Source of the DNA: Phoronis australis
Lineage: Eukaryota; Animalia; Phoronida
DNA: 64,000 bases
Reading direction: 5' to 3'
Assembly (NCBI GenBank): GCA_002633005.1
Contig: NMRA01000171.1
Location: forward strand, 124,001-188,000
In this document: piece by piece, positions 51,401-60,115 of the stretch
Position numbering within the stretch: the first letter of the stretch is position 1
Layout of the letters: the number at the start of each line of letters is the position of its first letter
Notes under the pieces: model-generated
The model's input: the letters and a program-made list of their open reading frames with translations, nothing else
The model's database searches: none
What the model was told of the DNA's origin: nothing
Made by a program: the position numbers and the translations under genes

Positions 51401-54355
51401 TGTATACTGCACCATAGAGTTGCAAAGTTGTTTGAACTTTGACCTTTGAAATGATGTTTCATGTAGCTTTGAGGTAGTTAATGTAAATATATAAAACTTT
51501 ATCAACAAGTGTGTATTTAAATTTGAAAGTTTCATATGAATCTGATCAGCCATTTCTGAGTTATGATATTCTCAATTTTGCTGCCAAATTTTGATATTGT
51601 TCTAGTGTCCTACCTAACCTTGAGAATTAATGCCAGTTTATTTTAATAATTTCATTGGGTTCAACCGTTGAAAGAATCTGTTAGTTGATAAGTTTAATAA
51701 AACTGTTACATGTAATTACCCAGTGTAGTATATTTAGGCATCTCAAAATGAGAAGTTGGCATCTGCTGTTGGCAAGAAGGGTAAAGCAAAGACAGTTGGA
51801 ATAATTGGTGAGCGTGGCAAGGTGAGAACTATACCTGTGCTCCAACGTCGACACTAAAACATATCTTTGACCATTTAACACGAGGAAACTGATCTCAACT
51901 TGTTCCATACTCAGACAAGAAGTGGTTTTTGGCCTTTTAAAGAACTGTCTGTTCATTATTTCTCGAGACAGTGGACTAAAATGACAATTTGTAAAGTCTG
52001 GTCTGGACAATAACAAACTGTCCTTTGTTTTCAAGCCCCAAAGTCATGCCTATTTCTACGATGGAACAATTGGAAACCAGTTTTGTAATGTTGAGTGGTC
52101 TGAATAAGGAAAGGTCTGTGACTGAAGGTGGGGTCATGGTCGAAGTAATATTCACACTTTCAGTGAAAAAACTGTCCTTGAACTTGATAGGTGGGGTCAT
52201 GGTTGCATTAATATTCACACTTTCAGTAAAAAAAAACTGTCCTTGAACTTCATCTGGTATCCTTAGGTGTTAAAAGGACATGATTAAAATGGTTAATGAA
52301 GATCTGGTTGACATGGTCACGTGCTTAGTTAGCGTAATTATTTTGTGCTGTAGTGTTTTATGGATGTGTAATGGAATCTTTTCTTGATATGTCATACTTT
52401 TCTAACCCATCTGACTACATATACAGTACAAGGCTACAAGATGTCATGATGGCTAAAACTACTGGTAATAACTATTTGGGCAACAAAATTCTAAGTACTG
52501 AATGGCGTAGCCTCCTTGCTAACTTTCCTGTTATTGCTTCTTTATTCTCAGTCAATAGAGAAGACTACTCTTACAATGAATTTGACGTCTGCTCAGACGT
52601 CATGACAAGGGATTGCAAATCAGTTTGTGTGAAAACTTTTGACCTGTAGTAAATGTCTGTGAATTGTTCTTCACTCAATTTTGTTTTCAGGCCAGAATAC
52701 TGAAGGAAACTAGGTTAATTCCTAACCTTGTATTTTCCATTGAGCAATATGAAAGGTATCTCATACAGCTTTCCAAGAAGTCAAAAGTAAGTTTGATGGT
52801 TTTTCCAAAATAATCACTTAGATCCTGCCTTTTAAGAACCCGTTTTCTCCTCTGGATGGGCATCAAAGTGATTATCAAAATTCGTGTCCACTGTAAGTTT
52901 CTATTGTAGGTTTTTCATAATTCTTCAGTAATTTTTCTGAACTTTCTTAACATAATAACCAAATGATATTTGATATATTTTGAGTACTTGCTGCAATGCA
53001 ATAAGACTTTTCATCAATAACAATTTTTAAAGCAATATTGTCCCAAATTGAAGAATTTTAACCTTGGGTTATTCAAAAAAAGATACGTTCCACTGCACAC
53101 AAGAGGAAAGCAGTGGTTTCATCATTATAAACACACAACTGAAAAAATAAATACAGATTATAGACATTTTTTTCTTACAGGTAAATTTGATGGAACATGT
53201 GAAGCTGAGCACGTCACGTGACTTCAGAATCAATGTGGCATCAATGCAGGCCTCTCTTACTTACAGTTCAGAAGAGGAAGAGGAGGTAAATATGGACCAG
53301 GGCCTGTGACCACCAAAGTTTTCTCGAGTCTCAACTCAAAAATTGACCATTCACATCACGTGACATTGGTCTGTTTTGGAGTCAAATCTTCAATAAAGTT
53401 TGGTGGACGCCAACCATGGGCTGGTTGCATAAAATTTCAAAAACTATTCGCTGGATAAGTTTGGTAGTTGCACGACATCAAGTCCATTATTCAATACTTA
53501 CAACATTATAATGGGACATCATTGTTGTTATCCCTGTGTATAACTGTTATGCTATAGGGACATGCCAATTAGTTCTACTGCTGGCAACTCTGTTTAGTAG
53601 TTATTGTCCAAGCAAATAAGGAACTGAATTGCTCATCTGTGGTTGAACATTGTGGTCAACAGTTAGGTGATGGAAGTCCAAAAGCCAGGTTGTGTATACA
53701 TGATTTGTCTCCACCAGATTCCGTACAAAGGGTGCCTCAAAGTTTCCAGATTTATTTTCCTACAGAAGGGTCAGTTTTTGTAAAAGAACTCCTCATTACA
53801 AATTAACAACGTAAAGTTTATTGGGTAAAAAATATGCAGTCTAAGGTGTCCCCTACATAGCTCGTTATGGGAACAAGCCTCTCCAGAAGGGGACTTTTTC
53901 ATGGAAGTCCCCTACAAATGGGTTTCTTTTTGTCATGATTGATCTCGAAAAAAGTGAGTACATTATCCTGTACAAATCAAAAACATTATAGTATTTTCTT
54001 TATATTCAATGATCTCACACACTTCTGGAACTTGCTGTACAGCATGCAAAACAATGTGACCATTTCTGGTTTTACATCATCGTCCGACAAGAATTCTGAA
54101 CATCTCAGTAAAATTTTGTGGTTGATTTCTGTGTCAGATCACTTTTGCAAATGCACCGAGGATTTTACTGTCCTCAGGATAAATATCTAGTGGCTTTAAA
54201 CGTCTGGAACTATCACTGAAGATCTCAAGATAGTCAACTCAATTGCTCTTGCACATAGATCTTATAGATTCATGCTCATTTTCTAGGATGCCAGCAAGTT
54301 GACTACAAAGAGCTCATGTTCGACAGCTAAGAAATCCAAGTCTGTTACAGATTAA
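261..54355 (+). CDS. FANCI: Fanconi anemia complementation group I protein, multi-exon gene, 5' exons upstream of the window. Exons: 261-426, 2043-2131, 4226-4364, 4627-4719, 5278-5414, 6043-6223, 7311-7398, 7647-7848, 8319-8433, 8970-9086, 10506-10574, 12452-12553, 36101-36268, 38518-38639, 42024-42191, 43068-43247, 44044-44201, 45060(or 45024)-45130, 46104-46272, 47098-47225, 47725-47858 (frameshifted), 48304-48488, 51153-51269, 51738-51821, 52691-52786, 53181-53285, 54287-54355
   Basis: Spliced translation gives recognisable FANCI motifs in collinear order: [43 protein letters not shown] (monoubiquitinated Lys context), an SQ cluster, [73 protein letters not shown]...[10 protein letters not shown]. 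All junctions are GT-AG with matching phases except the 47.7-kb exon. Confidence 0.96.
490..1312 (-). mobile_element. Helentron/HINE-like non-autonomous repeat
   Basis: Minus strand starts with a palindrome (tttttatgtgcccacatatttatatgtgggtgcata), then a gtcc-type microsatellite and core units shared with 33590-36000 and 59445-60110. Confidence 0.6.
2043..2131 (+). CDS. FANCI: FANCI exon ([19 protein letters not shown]...)
   Basis: ttcag acceptor, GG|gtttgt donor; phases fit both neighbours. Confidence 0.88.
2547..4078 (+). mobile_element. ISL2EU/PHIS-like DNA transposon derivative encoding a THAP domain split by a nested insertion
   Basis: Perfect 15-bp TIRs agcggatttgcagcg / cgctgcaaatccgct flanked by AT on both sides. 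THAP N-half 2653-2827 (CCVPGC...FP...W), C-half about 3620-3700 (GHRLC/EHFPGG/NIPTKFP), DHSY motif at 3861. Confidence 0.75.
4226..4364 (+). CDS. FANCI: FANCI exon (...[33 protein letters not shown])
   Basis: tgcag acceptor, AAG|gtattt donor; conserved motif. Confidence 0.92.
4627..4719 (+). CDS. FANCI: FANCI exon ([31 protein letters not shown])
   Basis: tttcag acceptor, gtaagt donor; LSPF..AL.LSV motif; too short for the ORF track. Confidence 0.88.
4740..4853. repeat. Small fold-back MITE
   Basis: Imperfect inverted arms (tagtcacttgcagggg…gagaacca / tggttctc…ccctgtaagtgacta); related half-copy near 11515-11560. Confidence 0.5.
5278..5414 (+). CDS. FANCI: FANCI exon ([16 protein letters not shown]...)
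   Basis: ttgcag acceptor, AG|gtgaac donor; phase 2 matches next exon. Confidence 0.88.
6043..6223 (+). CDS. FANCI: FANCI exon ([25 protein letters not shown]...LLETFK)
   Basis: ttccag acceptor, AAG|gtacat donor; conserved WDHV..GLV motif. Confidence 0.93.
7311..7398 (+). CDS. FANCI: FANCI exon ([20 protein letters not shown]...HYL)
   Basis: ttttgcag acceptor, G|gtttgt donor; R.EI.EQ..NRVVT motif. Confidence 0.9.
7647..7848 (+). CDS. FANCI: FANCI exon containing the monoubiquitination Lys (…[16 protein letters not shown])
   Basis: tttcag acceptor, AG|gtttgt donor; Lys codon 7832-7834 in the LRKAMF context of human K523. Confidence 0.94.
8319..8433 (+). CDS. FANCI: FANCI exon with SQ cluster ([38 protein letters not shown])
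   Basis: ttacag acceptor, CAG|gtaagt donor. Confidence 0.92.
8970..9086 (+). CDS. FANCI: FANCI exon ([36 protein letters not shown])
   Basis: tgcag acceptor, gtatgc donor; conserved motif. Confidence 0.92.
9214..9735 (+). mobile_element. hAT-like MITE family A, copy 1
   Basis: 13-bp TIR cagggcttggaat/attccaagccctg; flanks aaacac/aaacat. Confidence 0.85.
10506..10574 (+). CDS. FANCI: FANCI exon ([23 protein letters not shown])
   Basis: cacag acceptor, CAG|gtgagt donor; 69 nt, phase 0-0. Confidence 0.9.
11066..11469 (-). mobile_element. hAT-like MITE family A, copy 2 (inverted relative to copy 1, internal deletion)
   Basis: Same TIRs; tagtag direct repeat on both flanks; near-identical reverse complement of 9214-9735. 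Confidence 0.85.
11892..12332. mobile_element. TTAA-flanked non-autonomous element (Kolobok-like); degenerate relatives near 20.5-20.8, 25.1-25.5, 27.3-27.6, 43.8-43.9 and 51.5-51.6 kb
   Basis: ttaa|ggtt…aacc|ttaa ends; recurring internal motifs (gaaagtttcatacaaatc, tagccaaatatc). Confidence 0.4.
12452..12553 (+). CDS. FANCI: FANCI exon ([21 protein letters not shown]...VEPL)
   Basis: ttgcag acceptor, gtaagt donor; PP.KL..C...EPL motif. Confidence 0.91.
12785..12849 (-). mobile_element. tRNA-derived SINE head (degenerate)
   Basis: A-box TGGCTTAGTGG and B-box-like AGTTCAAATCC on minus strand; no complete cloverleaf. Confidence 0.5.
12970..12975 (-). promoter_or_regulatory. Candidate polyadenylation signal (AATAAA) for the nested TRIM-like gene
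   Basis: tttatt on + strand about 1.35 kb downstream of the stop codon. Confidence 0.4.
13247..13362. mobile_element. Short element with 12-bp inverted ends within the putative 3' UTR of the nested gene
   Basis: gttattgaatgg … ccattcaataac. Confidence 0.45.
14315..15949 (-). CDS. TRIM-like protein (RING, B-box 2, coiled coil, NHL-type beta-propeller), 544 aa, nested antisense in a FANCI intron
   Basis: Uninterrupted ORF. RING: CPIC...HLTCKPC...CVMC. B-box: CSVH-x8-C-x2-H-x4-C-x2-C-x4-H-x2-C. Helical region, then NHL-like blades ([41 protein letters not shown]). Splice acceptor (ttgtag) 6 nt before the ATG implies upstream non-coding exon(s). Confidence 0.9.
   Translation of the reverse strand: MSGDRYNSSWQECPICFEEYNPSNKLPVIWHNTHLTCKPCFYSLNKLCCVMCRQKHNLELYEATGDDMCSVHRDQLYSHFCENHNVLVCNQCLRETHASCECRDTVQLKKECNSKIGRLLEELDILKEFIYQRIQNTSNDLKCLELFKAGVKSFIEQHMKKLTEEQTSALFTKIDRYRRTLCDNETLIPVRDSLEDIHHSTFTTENVVKIVRMAKDTDLEEKVRSLKDKALRPLELIFEKIIHELKSHDVEGVLTNDIFFPVLYVDTSPSLLSSVVTDDIGNVYVCDSKNGCIRKFNRHGNPSLPNMQLSGIASDTRAAMSLSANKQELIVSPKKWESSDESKCYCTTSLEVFNLDSGSLTRTVPITQFNGIHGLTTNDLNEIIFSDPQRKIICTMDQNGKVNQAFKTHPERFSVPGEIAGGPSHTLFIVDHGKDCVQAVRQVDGSVVRRFVPTYCGQEMRQISCISSDAGQVFVAGRDRQGSCLIFKCAADGQGMGILAGADMIGKIGGLAISKAGRVWVSDVKQSSLVKFKSVNDIIGECKV
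16078..16262 (+). repeat. Dispersed repeat, second copy at about 38755-38925
   Basis: Shared blocks ttcactactt / ggtggcactgc..aaaatgattgttg.gcattg / gcaaacatgaaagc. Confidence 0.6.
26023..26521. mobile_element. hAT MITE (499 bp)
   Basis: TIR caggcctttat.cag / ctg.ataaaggcctg; 8-bp TSD atcaagcg / atcaggcg. Confidence 0.85.
27938..29316. mobile_element. Tc1/mariner superfamily (Tc2/pogo-like) non-autonomous element
   Basis: 24-bp TIR ccgtattc(a/g)ccgtaataaccgccc with TA on both sides; relatives at about 49880-50410 (inverted) and 59194-59336. Confidence 0.85.
29775..30027 (+). mobile_element. hAT-like MITE family A, partial copy 3
   Basis: Matches the 3' half of 9214-9735, ending aaattccaagccccg. 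Confidence 0.8.
31425..33309. repeat. About 870-bp near-identical direct duplication (31425-32296 and 32438-33309) spanning the N at 32297
   Basis: Identical ORF translations in the track; copies differ by few SNPs and small indels; probably two haplotypes joined at a gap. Confidence 0.85.
33585..36000 (+). mobile_element. Helentron/HINE-like element with a long degenerate tandem core array (related units extend back to about 31980)
   Basis: Head tttttatgctcccacatg…atgtggtcgcata, then repeated units (atctgactactg..gccccctagtggca…gaaatttggca) shared with 490-1312 and 59445-60110. Confidence 0.6.
36101..36268 (+). CDS. FANCI: FANCI exon ([11 protein letters not shown]...[18 protein letters not shown])
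   Basis: ttttag acceptor, gtcagt donor; directly continues the 12452-12553 exon across a 23.5-kb intron. Confidence 0.92.
37060..37290 (-). mobile_element. tRNA-derived SINE
   Basis: Minus strand ggcagtgTGGCCCAATGG (A-box) … GGTTCGAGTCC (B-box); no proper acceptor stem or anticodon arm, so not a tRNA gene; body extent is approximate. Confidence 0.6.
37816..38084 (-). mobile_element. 5' end of a THAP-transposase DNA transposon (ISL2EU/Harbinger-like), truncated at the gap
   Basis: [15 protein letters not shown]…RSFHSIP…EERRR (THAP N-half); terminus acttagttttcgcgtgacgtca next to an AT dinucleotide. Confidence 0.7.
38518..38639 (+). CDS. FANCI: FANCI exon ([20 protein letters not shown]...EMLIEY)
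   Basis: ttctag acceptor, AG|gtgagt donor; DKSA.FS motif. Confidence 0.92.
42024..42191 (+). CDS. FANCI: FANCI exon ([15 protein letters not shown]...LLDALV)
   Basis: ttacag acceptor, TG|gtatgt donor; phases fit. Confidence 0.85.
43068..43247 (+). CDS. FANCI: FANCI exon ([14 protein letters not shown]...CVQKLCQI...STVAR)
   Basis: ttgtag acceptor, AG|gtaatg donor. Confidence 0.87.
43438..43762. repeat. Tandem repeat, 80-bp unit x4
   Basis: gtttgggtca at 43441, 43521, 43601, 43681. Confidence 0.95.
44044..44201 (+). CDS. FANCI: FANCI exon (VFLHAYC...STCLEGI...[13 protein letters not shown])
   Basis: cacag acceptor, G|gtatgg donor; S.CLEG motif. Confidence 0.87.
45060..45130 (+). CDS. FANCI: FANCI exon ([24 protein letters not shown]); may start at in-frame upstream acceptor 45024
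   Basis: tttcag acceptor(s), CAG|gtaagc donor; I..FQ end motif; phase 1 to 0. Confidence 0.78.
46104..46272 (+). CDS. FANCI: FANCI exon (KLVISNFSG...LSMLSRLLP...[15 protein letters not shown])
   Basis: ttgcag acceptor, G|gtaggt donor. Confidence 0.87.
46691..47060. repeat. Minisatellite, 35-bp unit x about 10.5 (tactaagtggtacctccctgagyactatcttccct)
   Basis: Direct observation; no unique spacers, so not a CRISPR array. Confidence 0.95.
47098..47225 (+). CDS. FANCI: FANCI exon (DISAARAIS...[17 protein letters not shown])
   Basis: ttccag acceptor, GAG|gtaaag donor; QD.H...GDID motif. Confidence 0.91.
47725..47858 (+). CDS. FANCI: FANCI exon with apparent internal frameshift ([13 protein letters not shown]… / …[13 protein letters not shown])
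   Basis: Both halves resemble FANCI but lie in different frames; the first frame hits TAG at 47806-47808. Confidence 0.75.
48304..48488 (+). CDS. FANCI: FANCI exon (…[35 protein letters not shown])
   Basis: ttgtag acceptor, gtacgt donor; EL.QTA...G.C motif. Confidence 0.91.
49880..50410 (-). mobile_element. Diverged inverted copy of the Tc2/pogo-like element at 27938
   Basis: cagacgaacttcaaaacaaacgtcacgtgacaaca and downstream blocks are the reverse complement of 27960-28480. Confidence 0.75.
51153..51269 (+). CDS. FANCI: FANCI exon (YLSLYSQ...[24 protein letters not shown])
   Basis: tttcag acceptor, CAG|gtaact donor; EKLVK.S..HLT..Y..I.Y.Q motif. Confidence 0.92.
51738..51821 (+). CDS. FANCI: FANCI exon, basic linker ([28 protein letters not shown])
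   Basis: tttag acceptor, AAG|gtgaga donor, phase 0-0; fills the Lys-rich linker expected before ARILKET. Confidence 0.7.
52127..52250. repeat. About 60-bp direct repeat x2
   Basis: aggtggggtcatggt…atattcacactttcagt.aaaaaactgtccttgaactt twice. Confidence 0.85.
52691..52786 (+). CDS. FANCI: FANCI exon ([32 protein letters not shown])
   Basis: tttcag acceptor, gtaagt donor; highly conserved FANCI C-terminal motif. Confidence 0.95.
53181..53285 (+). CDS. FANCI: FANCI exon ([19 protein letters not shown]...SSEEEEE)
   Basis: ttacag acceptor, GAG|gtaaat donor; STSRDF motif. Confidence 0.94.
54287..54355 (+). CDS. FANCI: Probable terminal FANCI coding exon ([22 protein letters not shown])
   Basis: ttctag acceptor, phase 0, basic NLS-like tail then TAA; low sequence conservation, so inferred. 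Confidence 0.6.
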   Translation, partial: DASKLTTKSSCSTAKKSKSVTD

Positions 54356-57023
54356 TGCAATCTTCAGTGTTCCAAATGAACATAACAACAGGCAAAACAA
54401 CAAGTCCTGTTGTTGACAGCATCTGTTCCTGTTGCTGCAACATTTATCGACGACTATATAGCTTGCAGGGTTGTACTGTCAACGTAGTCCAAGCCGACTG
54501 TACTGACTCATCAGTGTAAATTTCTCTGGAGTTTTAATCATGGCGGAGACAGTTTGACATCTTAGGGATCTGGTTTTAAAACATTTATTAAGATGTAAAC
54601 TGTGGTTTGAGAGGAAGCTATGATTGTGCAGCGTTTTGCATAACATAAATGTGTTAACACCCAGTGTATGTGTTGGCTCTTTGTTTCTTCTCGTAATATA
54701 GTTCTCATTTTTATGTGCATGCTTTGAATTTGCCTTTTAGATCATGTTGGGATCTAGTGTGAAATGCAAAGTTCTGACAGTTTGTTGGAGGTAAGCTAAA
54801 TAGTCTACCAAATATTGTGAGAGATACAATTGCATGCAGTCACAGGAGGTTGTTGCAACACCAAATCACAGGTATCTCCAGCTCCTCTCTGTGTATCTGT
54901 ATACAGTATTGTCATTGTTGTATCAAGTTACTACACTAGCAGACACTAGACTTGTTTTATGTTACAACATCTGGATCCAGGATCAAAGGTCCAAACTCGA
55001 CTCAGACGCGAAATTGAACTAATCACACTTCTTGATTCAAGTACAAAATAATTTGCAAGTTTACTTGAAGTGTGACGTGCAATTTGTCAATTTTCAGCCA
55101 AGTTTTGAGTCTAGAGATACAACCCTATGTCCAGAAAGAGGCTGCCACTCTAAGAATGTAATGTAGAGCTGGCTTAAAGCAGATTTCTAGCTTTTAGTGT
55201 AATGTGGTTTCCTCTGAACGAGTATTTGGTGGTAATTATGTTGCCTTGTAACTGACATTGTATAATCAGTTATTGTCAATTATGTATTATATATGATACC
55301 TATGCTCTCTGATTTATTGAAATGTGGTAGGACAACTTCTCATATAGCATATCAACCAATTTAGTGTGGAATATGACATTTCATCCATGATGCCCAGTCA
55401 TCAGATGTTGCTATTTATGATCTGACGCTGTAGAAACCATAACCCCTGACCACGATGCGAGCATGTGATGTCAAACATCCAAACAGGTAAGAACGAACTA
55501 ATCTAATTGAAGACTAATTCAGACGAAATAAGGATCAGTGATTGTGTAGTGAAACAAATATGGACTGATCTCTCAGTCGTAGCAGGTCAAGTGGACCTCG
55601 GGATAGCAAAATTGCCCTCAGACATATGACCCGATATCACCCTCGAAATCGCTTCATATTTGTAAAGTATTATACAACTAGTATCCTGAATGAATTCACC
55701 ATTGGTAGTAGTGACTGTAACTAAATACCGCTCATTCGTCATTCGTGTAAGAATTAATGTTGTAACTTCATGGCAATAGCAATATGTATGTAACACAGAA
55801 GGCCATGGCGGTAAGAGTTGAACTTTGCTACAAGATACCCTCACTAGAACGTTAAATGCGATTTTTCCTGGTTTAAAACGTCAGCAATGATTTTACCTCT
55901 AATGTATGTTAGTCTGCCTTGCTTATAATGTCTGTTGATATACATTGCAACGATGTTCTACTGTTCTCTCTGAACTCAATGTACAGTTGAGCCTCTGGTT
56001 ATTTTGTATTTAAATGTTAGCTGTTTTCCACCCTAGAAAAAAATGAAAAAAGATGGTGCTATTAAAAACTTGGTTGTAATGCTAGGAAAGTAGACTATAA
56101 AACCAGCCAATACAACTTATGGATATGTAAATCAAATTTTCATTTCTGGTTACTGACATCTTACTGTTGCTTCAGCTATTTCAACCAGCAACGTGAATTA
56201 TTGAAATGATGTTAAAAACATGAATGTTGTGGATCGGTCTGAGATTTTTTATTACTTGGGTAATCAGATTATATTTTGGTTTAGCAAGGTAGCAATAAGT
56301 TGAGTGATGTTTAGTCAAAGCAAATGTTTCAATAAATGTTATGTATTGAACTGCAGATTACTCCATAGGCTTCTTATCTCGTTAACTTAATAAATAACAT
56401 TAAAATTTTGGGGTTTAAGAACTGGGTTATCAGTTGCTTGTGTCTACATTTTTTGCAAAATTGCAAGACTTTGTGACATCTGAAGTTTAAACAACTGATG
56501 CATTTTGAAGGTTTGAGTAGTTTAAATCTGTGTTCCTAATAGTAGTCATTCTCAAACCACCAGTGGTTACTGTTTTTCATTTAATCTTTTGTAGTAATGG
56601 ACTAAACATTAGTCTCCAATTTACATTGCCCACAGAAAACTCAACAAAAACGAAGGTAAATTTTGTGCAATAGGTTAAATTACAAAATACCTCACCAAGT
56701 ACTCAACTACAAGTAAAACCTCAAGTTCAATACAAAAAATAATTACAACATATATAAAAACAGCAAGGAGCCATAAAGAAAATCACATGATTACACAAAT
56801 GAAGGCTGGTCTTTCCAAAGGATTCTGCTCCATACAATTCAGCACAAGATAGTTTACCTTGACATCAAGAGATTGGTGTGTCCTACATTCATGCCACCAC
56901 ACTATTTTCACAATTTTACTACTAATTCAAACCATACAGCTTAAAAGGGCAACACCATGAAACTTAATATTTATTAAAGATTCATATTCACCAGCCACAA
57001 TTAACACTTAATGATAATTTGTA

Positions 57024-57459
57024 CTGGGAATTCCCGGAGATAAACCCATGGGCGAGTATTCAGAAAATGAACATTTTTAGGCGTTTTAGCAACAAAAAAT
57101 AAATGCCCGGGCGTTTATTCGGAAAAGGGGGCGTGTAAACGGAAAGCCATAGTTTAGCTTGACTTGAAACTATTTTACTTAAAACTGCGTTTTTAAATTT
57201 TTTGCTAATAAGTGCAAAGTTCGCCAATGCCTTGCTTGTTTTTATAAATGATAAATGCTTCACAAAACTGAATTTGTGACAAAAAGTTGATACTGAGTGG
57301 GCTTTTAGGAGGAAAATTTCCAAACGTCACACTGTCTGAATACTTGATACCAAAAGTTGTCATACCAAGTAAATGCCCATGAGCCATTATTTGGCATAAT
57401 TTTACGAATAAACGCCCATGGGCGTCTCATCGGGTGGGCCTATCTATGGAAAACCCCGG
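57024..57459. mobile_element. Degenerate TA-flanked MITE (Tc2-like)
   Basis: Imperfect inverted ends with TA flanks; internal cgcccatgggcg / aaacgccc motifs. Confidence 0.45.
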
Positions 57460-59193
57460 TAATAAGAGCAACTTAAGGTTATGCGAGACCTTATATACAG
57501 GTTTGCGTAAATTAGCCGAATAGGTGCAAAACTATAAATTTTTGTCTTAAATCAGCAAACATCGCCTGCTAAACAGACCAGACTTTCGAACTTAATGGCC
57601 TCAAACAGTAGAAAATAATATTGCTTTTTGACTTCGGTACAAGATTTGTCGTTTAAACTCACTAACAGGGGATCAAAAAGGAGTTAAATCATTAAATCAA
57701 GGTAAACGTATTGCTCATGGATCCGATTGTTGGTTTCTGAATTAAATGTTTATGTATCTACGAAAATAAGCTGATTGGCAGATGATTTTCTTACCATTAG
57801 AAGCTAATCTTGTAAGAAATGACTATGCTTCAACGAACTTAGTTGCAAGCAGACATTGGGAAAATTCGATCTATCATCAGATCCCCAAATATAAAAGTAC
57901 ACTAAACGATTTGATTTGTCTATCTGAAAGAAGTCTCAAAGATATTAATGAATGTCGGACAGCTCTACAAAGTGTCCTAAAATTTTCTCAGAATTCAAAT
58001 GACAAACTGTTTATTGACTTAGGAAATAGATTCGTGGGTTTAATTTCACAAACCGTAGATCGAAGAAGTTAAAGTGCTTAAATAAATAAAATTTAATTTA
58101 TTGCTCATCAACTGGAAAAGGTTCTGTTTGCATTTCTTTGATGTTGTTAGTTTCCAATGGACAACTTTCAAATGGGACACAGTTAATAACAAGAATCATT
58201 ATCTTTGCTTTAGCAGTGAATTGCGGCATGTGATCTCGGACAACATTTTAAAGCACTTGGCCCGACAAAGGTTTAGGCAAGAATCCTTCGTCTCGATTTT
58301 TGGCTGGCGTTTGTCATAGATTACCTTAAAATTGTTTGTCGAATACCAATCAAAATCGAAATCTTCGATAGTATCGCTTGCACAGGTGCTGTATCTGTAT
58401 AGATCAAATCGATAATTTGTTACTGCTCTGTTAGTCATTTCCTTAATAAGATTTGCATTAAAGTATCCGATGAAGTCTTCGACCTGATGACGCTCAAGGG
58501 ATTTCTGATCAACCACTACTACCGCATCCTTTACGCGCAACATTGAAACTTGTGCACATCATAAGAAAAACTATTGCCACATTGCCGTTTTCAAATGTCA
58601 TCTTAGATGTCATAGAATAATTTTGCACATACCAGACAAATTGGTTACTGAATAAACTTCGAAATGTGAATCACAAATGGCATAACAAAAACGTTTACTT
58701 AAAAAATACTTTCTGTTCACACGACTAAACAAAAACGTTTACATGATGCTACCAGAGACCGTTAGCGTCTTTGATGCTACTTACTTTCGTTTGTAACTTA
58801 CATACAACACGCAAATGTACTCGGTTAAGCCACCATTTTTGGGGACGGTGTGTTTACTGAAAGCGACTAGTTTTATGCTTCCAATGTCAATATTCTCAGG
58901 TACTTTGCACTTTTGCTCATGTGAGATTGTGATTATTTTTCAGAAATAGGTTTGTGGATCGTGAGACGAAGTGCGACTTTTCATGTAATAGACCTATGAA
59001 GTCGTGTGAATAAAATTCGACACTCAGGGGTATACCCAGGTTTCAAAACCCTGTTCGCCAGCTGGGCGAGTGAGCTAGAAATTCTACTCGCCCAGCCCGA
59101 AGTTCAGTCGTTTGCGTCTGTCACCACAAACTTGCTGCCAGTGTCAATAAAATTCATCGTTTCGGGTGTTGATGTCACCATCTATTAGGGCTA

Positions 59194-59336
59194 CCGTATT
59201 CGCCCTAATAGGCGCTCAGGGTGCTTCAAAAATTTCGTTTCGGAAGGGGGGCGCTTCTAGTGTTGTAGCCTAAGGCGGTTGAAACCCGGTCTCCGAAACG
59301 GGTGAGATCAGGAGCTAGGATACATCAAATTTACGC
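59194..59336 (+). mobile_element. Left end of the Tc2/pogo-like family
   Basis: ta|ccgtattcgccctaata…ccggtctccgaaacgggtga matches 27938-28070. Confidence 0.75.
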
Positions 59337-59444
59337 GAGTGGCTAAGTATATCCCTGGACACTGGCACGAAAAAACAACAAAATACAAAATAAATTTGCA
59401 TGTGTATCATGGTTGTAAGAATTGGCGGGACTCTACTGACGTCC

Positions 59445-60110
59445 CTTCATGCGCCCACATATTTACATGTATATGTGGACGCTTTATGCCGTCACCTCGT
59501 CCGTCCGGGTGGCGTCCGTCCGGCGTCCGCTGCTCTATCTCCAAAACCCTTTGACATACGTTCATGAAATTTCGCAAAAAAGTTTCATTCGTGAATGAGA
59601 CGGCATTAGCGAACTTTCGGACGGATCCGACGACCGGTGTGCCCCCTAGTGGCAATTTTAGTTTTTTACGCTTATTTTCAAATGTCATGAACGGATTTTC
59701 ATGAAATTTGGTATGTAGGCACCTATTAGTGAGATGACGCTATTCTCCCGTTTTCGGACGGATTCGACGTAGTTTGCGCCACCCAGTGGCCATTTTTACT
59801 GTTTTCGAGTCTGTTTTGCGTCCACCCCTCTTATCAACCAAACCGCTCAAAGGATGATTGTGAAAATTGGCATGTATGTGCTTACTATGAAGAGGACGGT
59901 CGACGATGATTTTCCGACGATTTCGACTTCTGTAGCGCCTCATAGTGGCAGTTTTGTTTTTTTGCCCCTTTGGCTGTATCTCCTAAACCGTTCGCAGGAT
60001 CTTTACTTAATTTAGCAAGTGTATTTATATGATGTTGACTACGGATGACGGCGATTTTCGGACAGATCTGACTACTGCTGTGCCCCCTAGTGGCAATTTT
60101 ATTTTTTTAC
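59445..60110 (+). mobile_element. Helentron/HINE-like element (well-preserved copy)
   Basis: Palindromic head gcccacatatttacatgtatatgtggac, (gtcc)-type microsatellite, about 150-bp core units each with gccccctagtggca-like motif. Confidence 0.65.
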
Positions 60111-60115
60111 GTTAA

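Noticed and set aside
51681-52218. Minus-strand ORFs as tyrosine-recombinase (Crypton) relics
   Set aside because: Only a weak FFKRPK resemblance; partly antisense to a FANCI exon and a short repeat
55370-55410. Hammerhead-like CTGATGA…GAAA on the minus strand (similar cases near 8584 and 43290)
   Set aside because: No convincing stem II or stem III pairing
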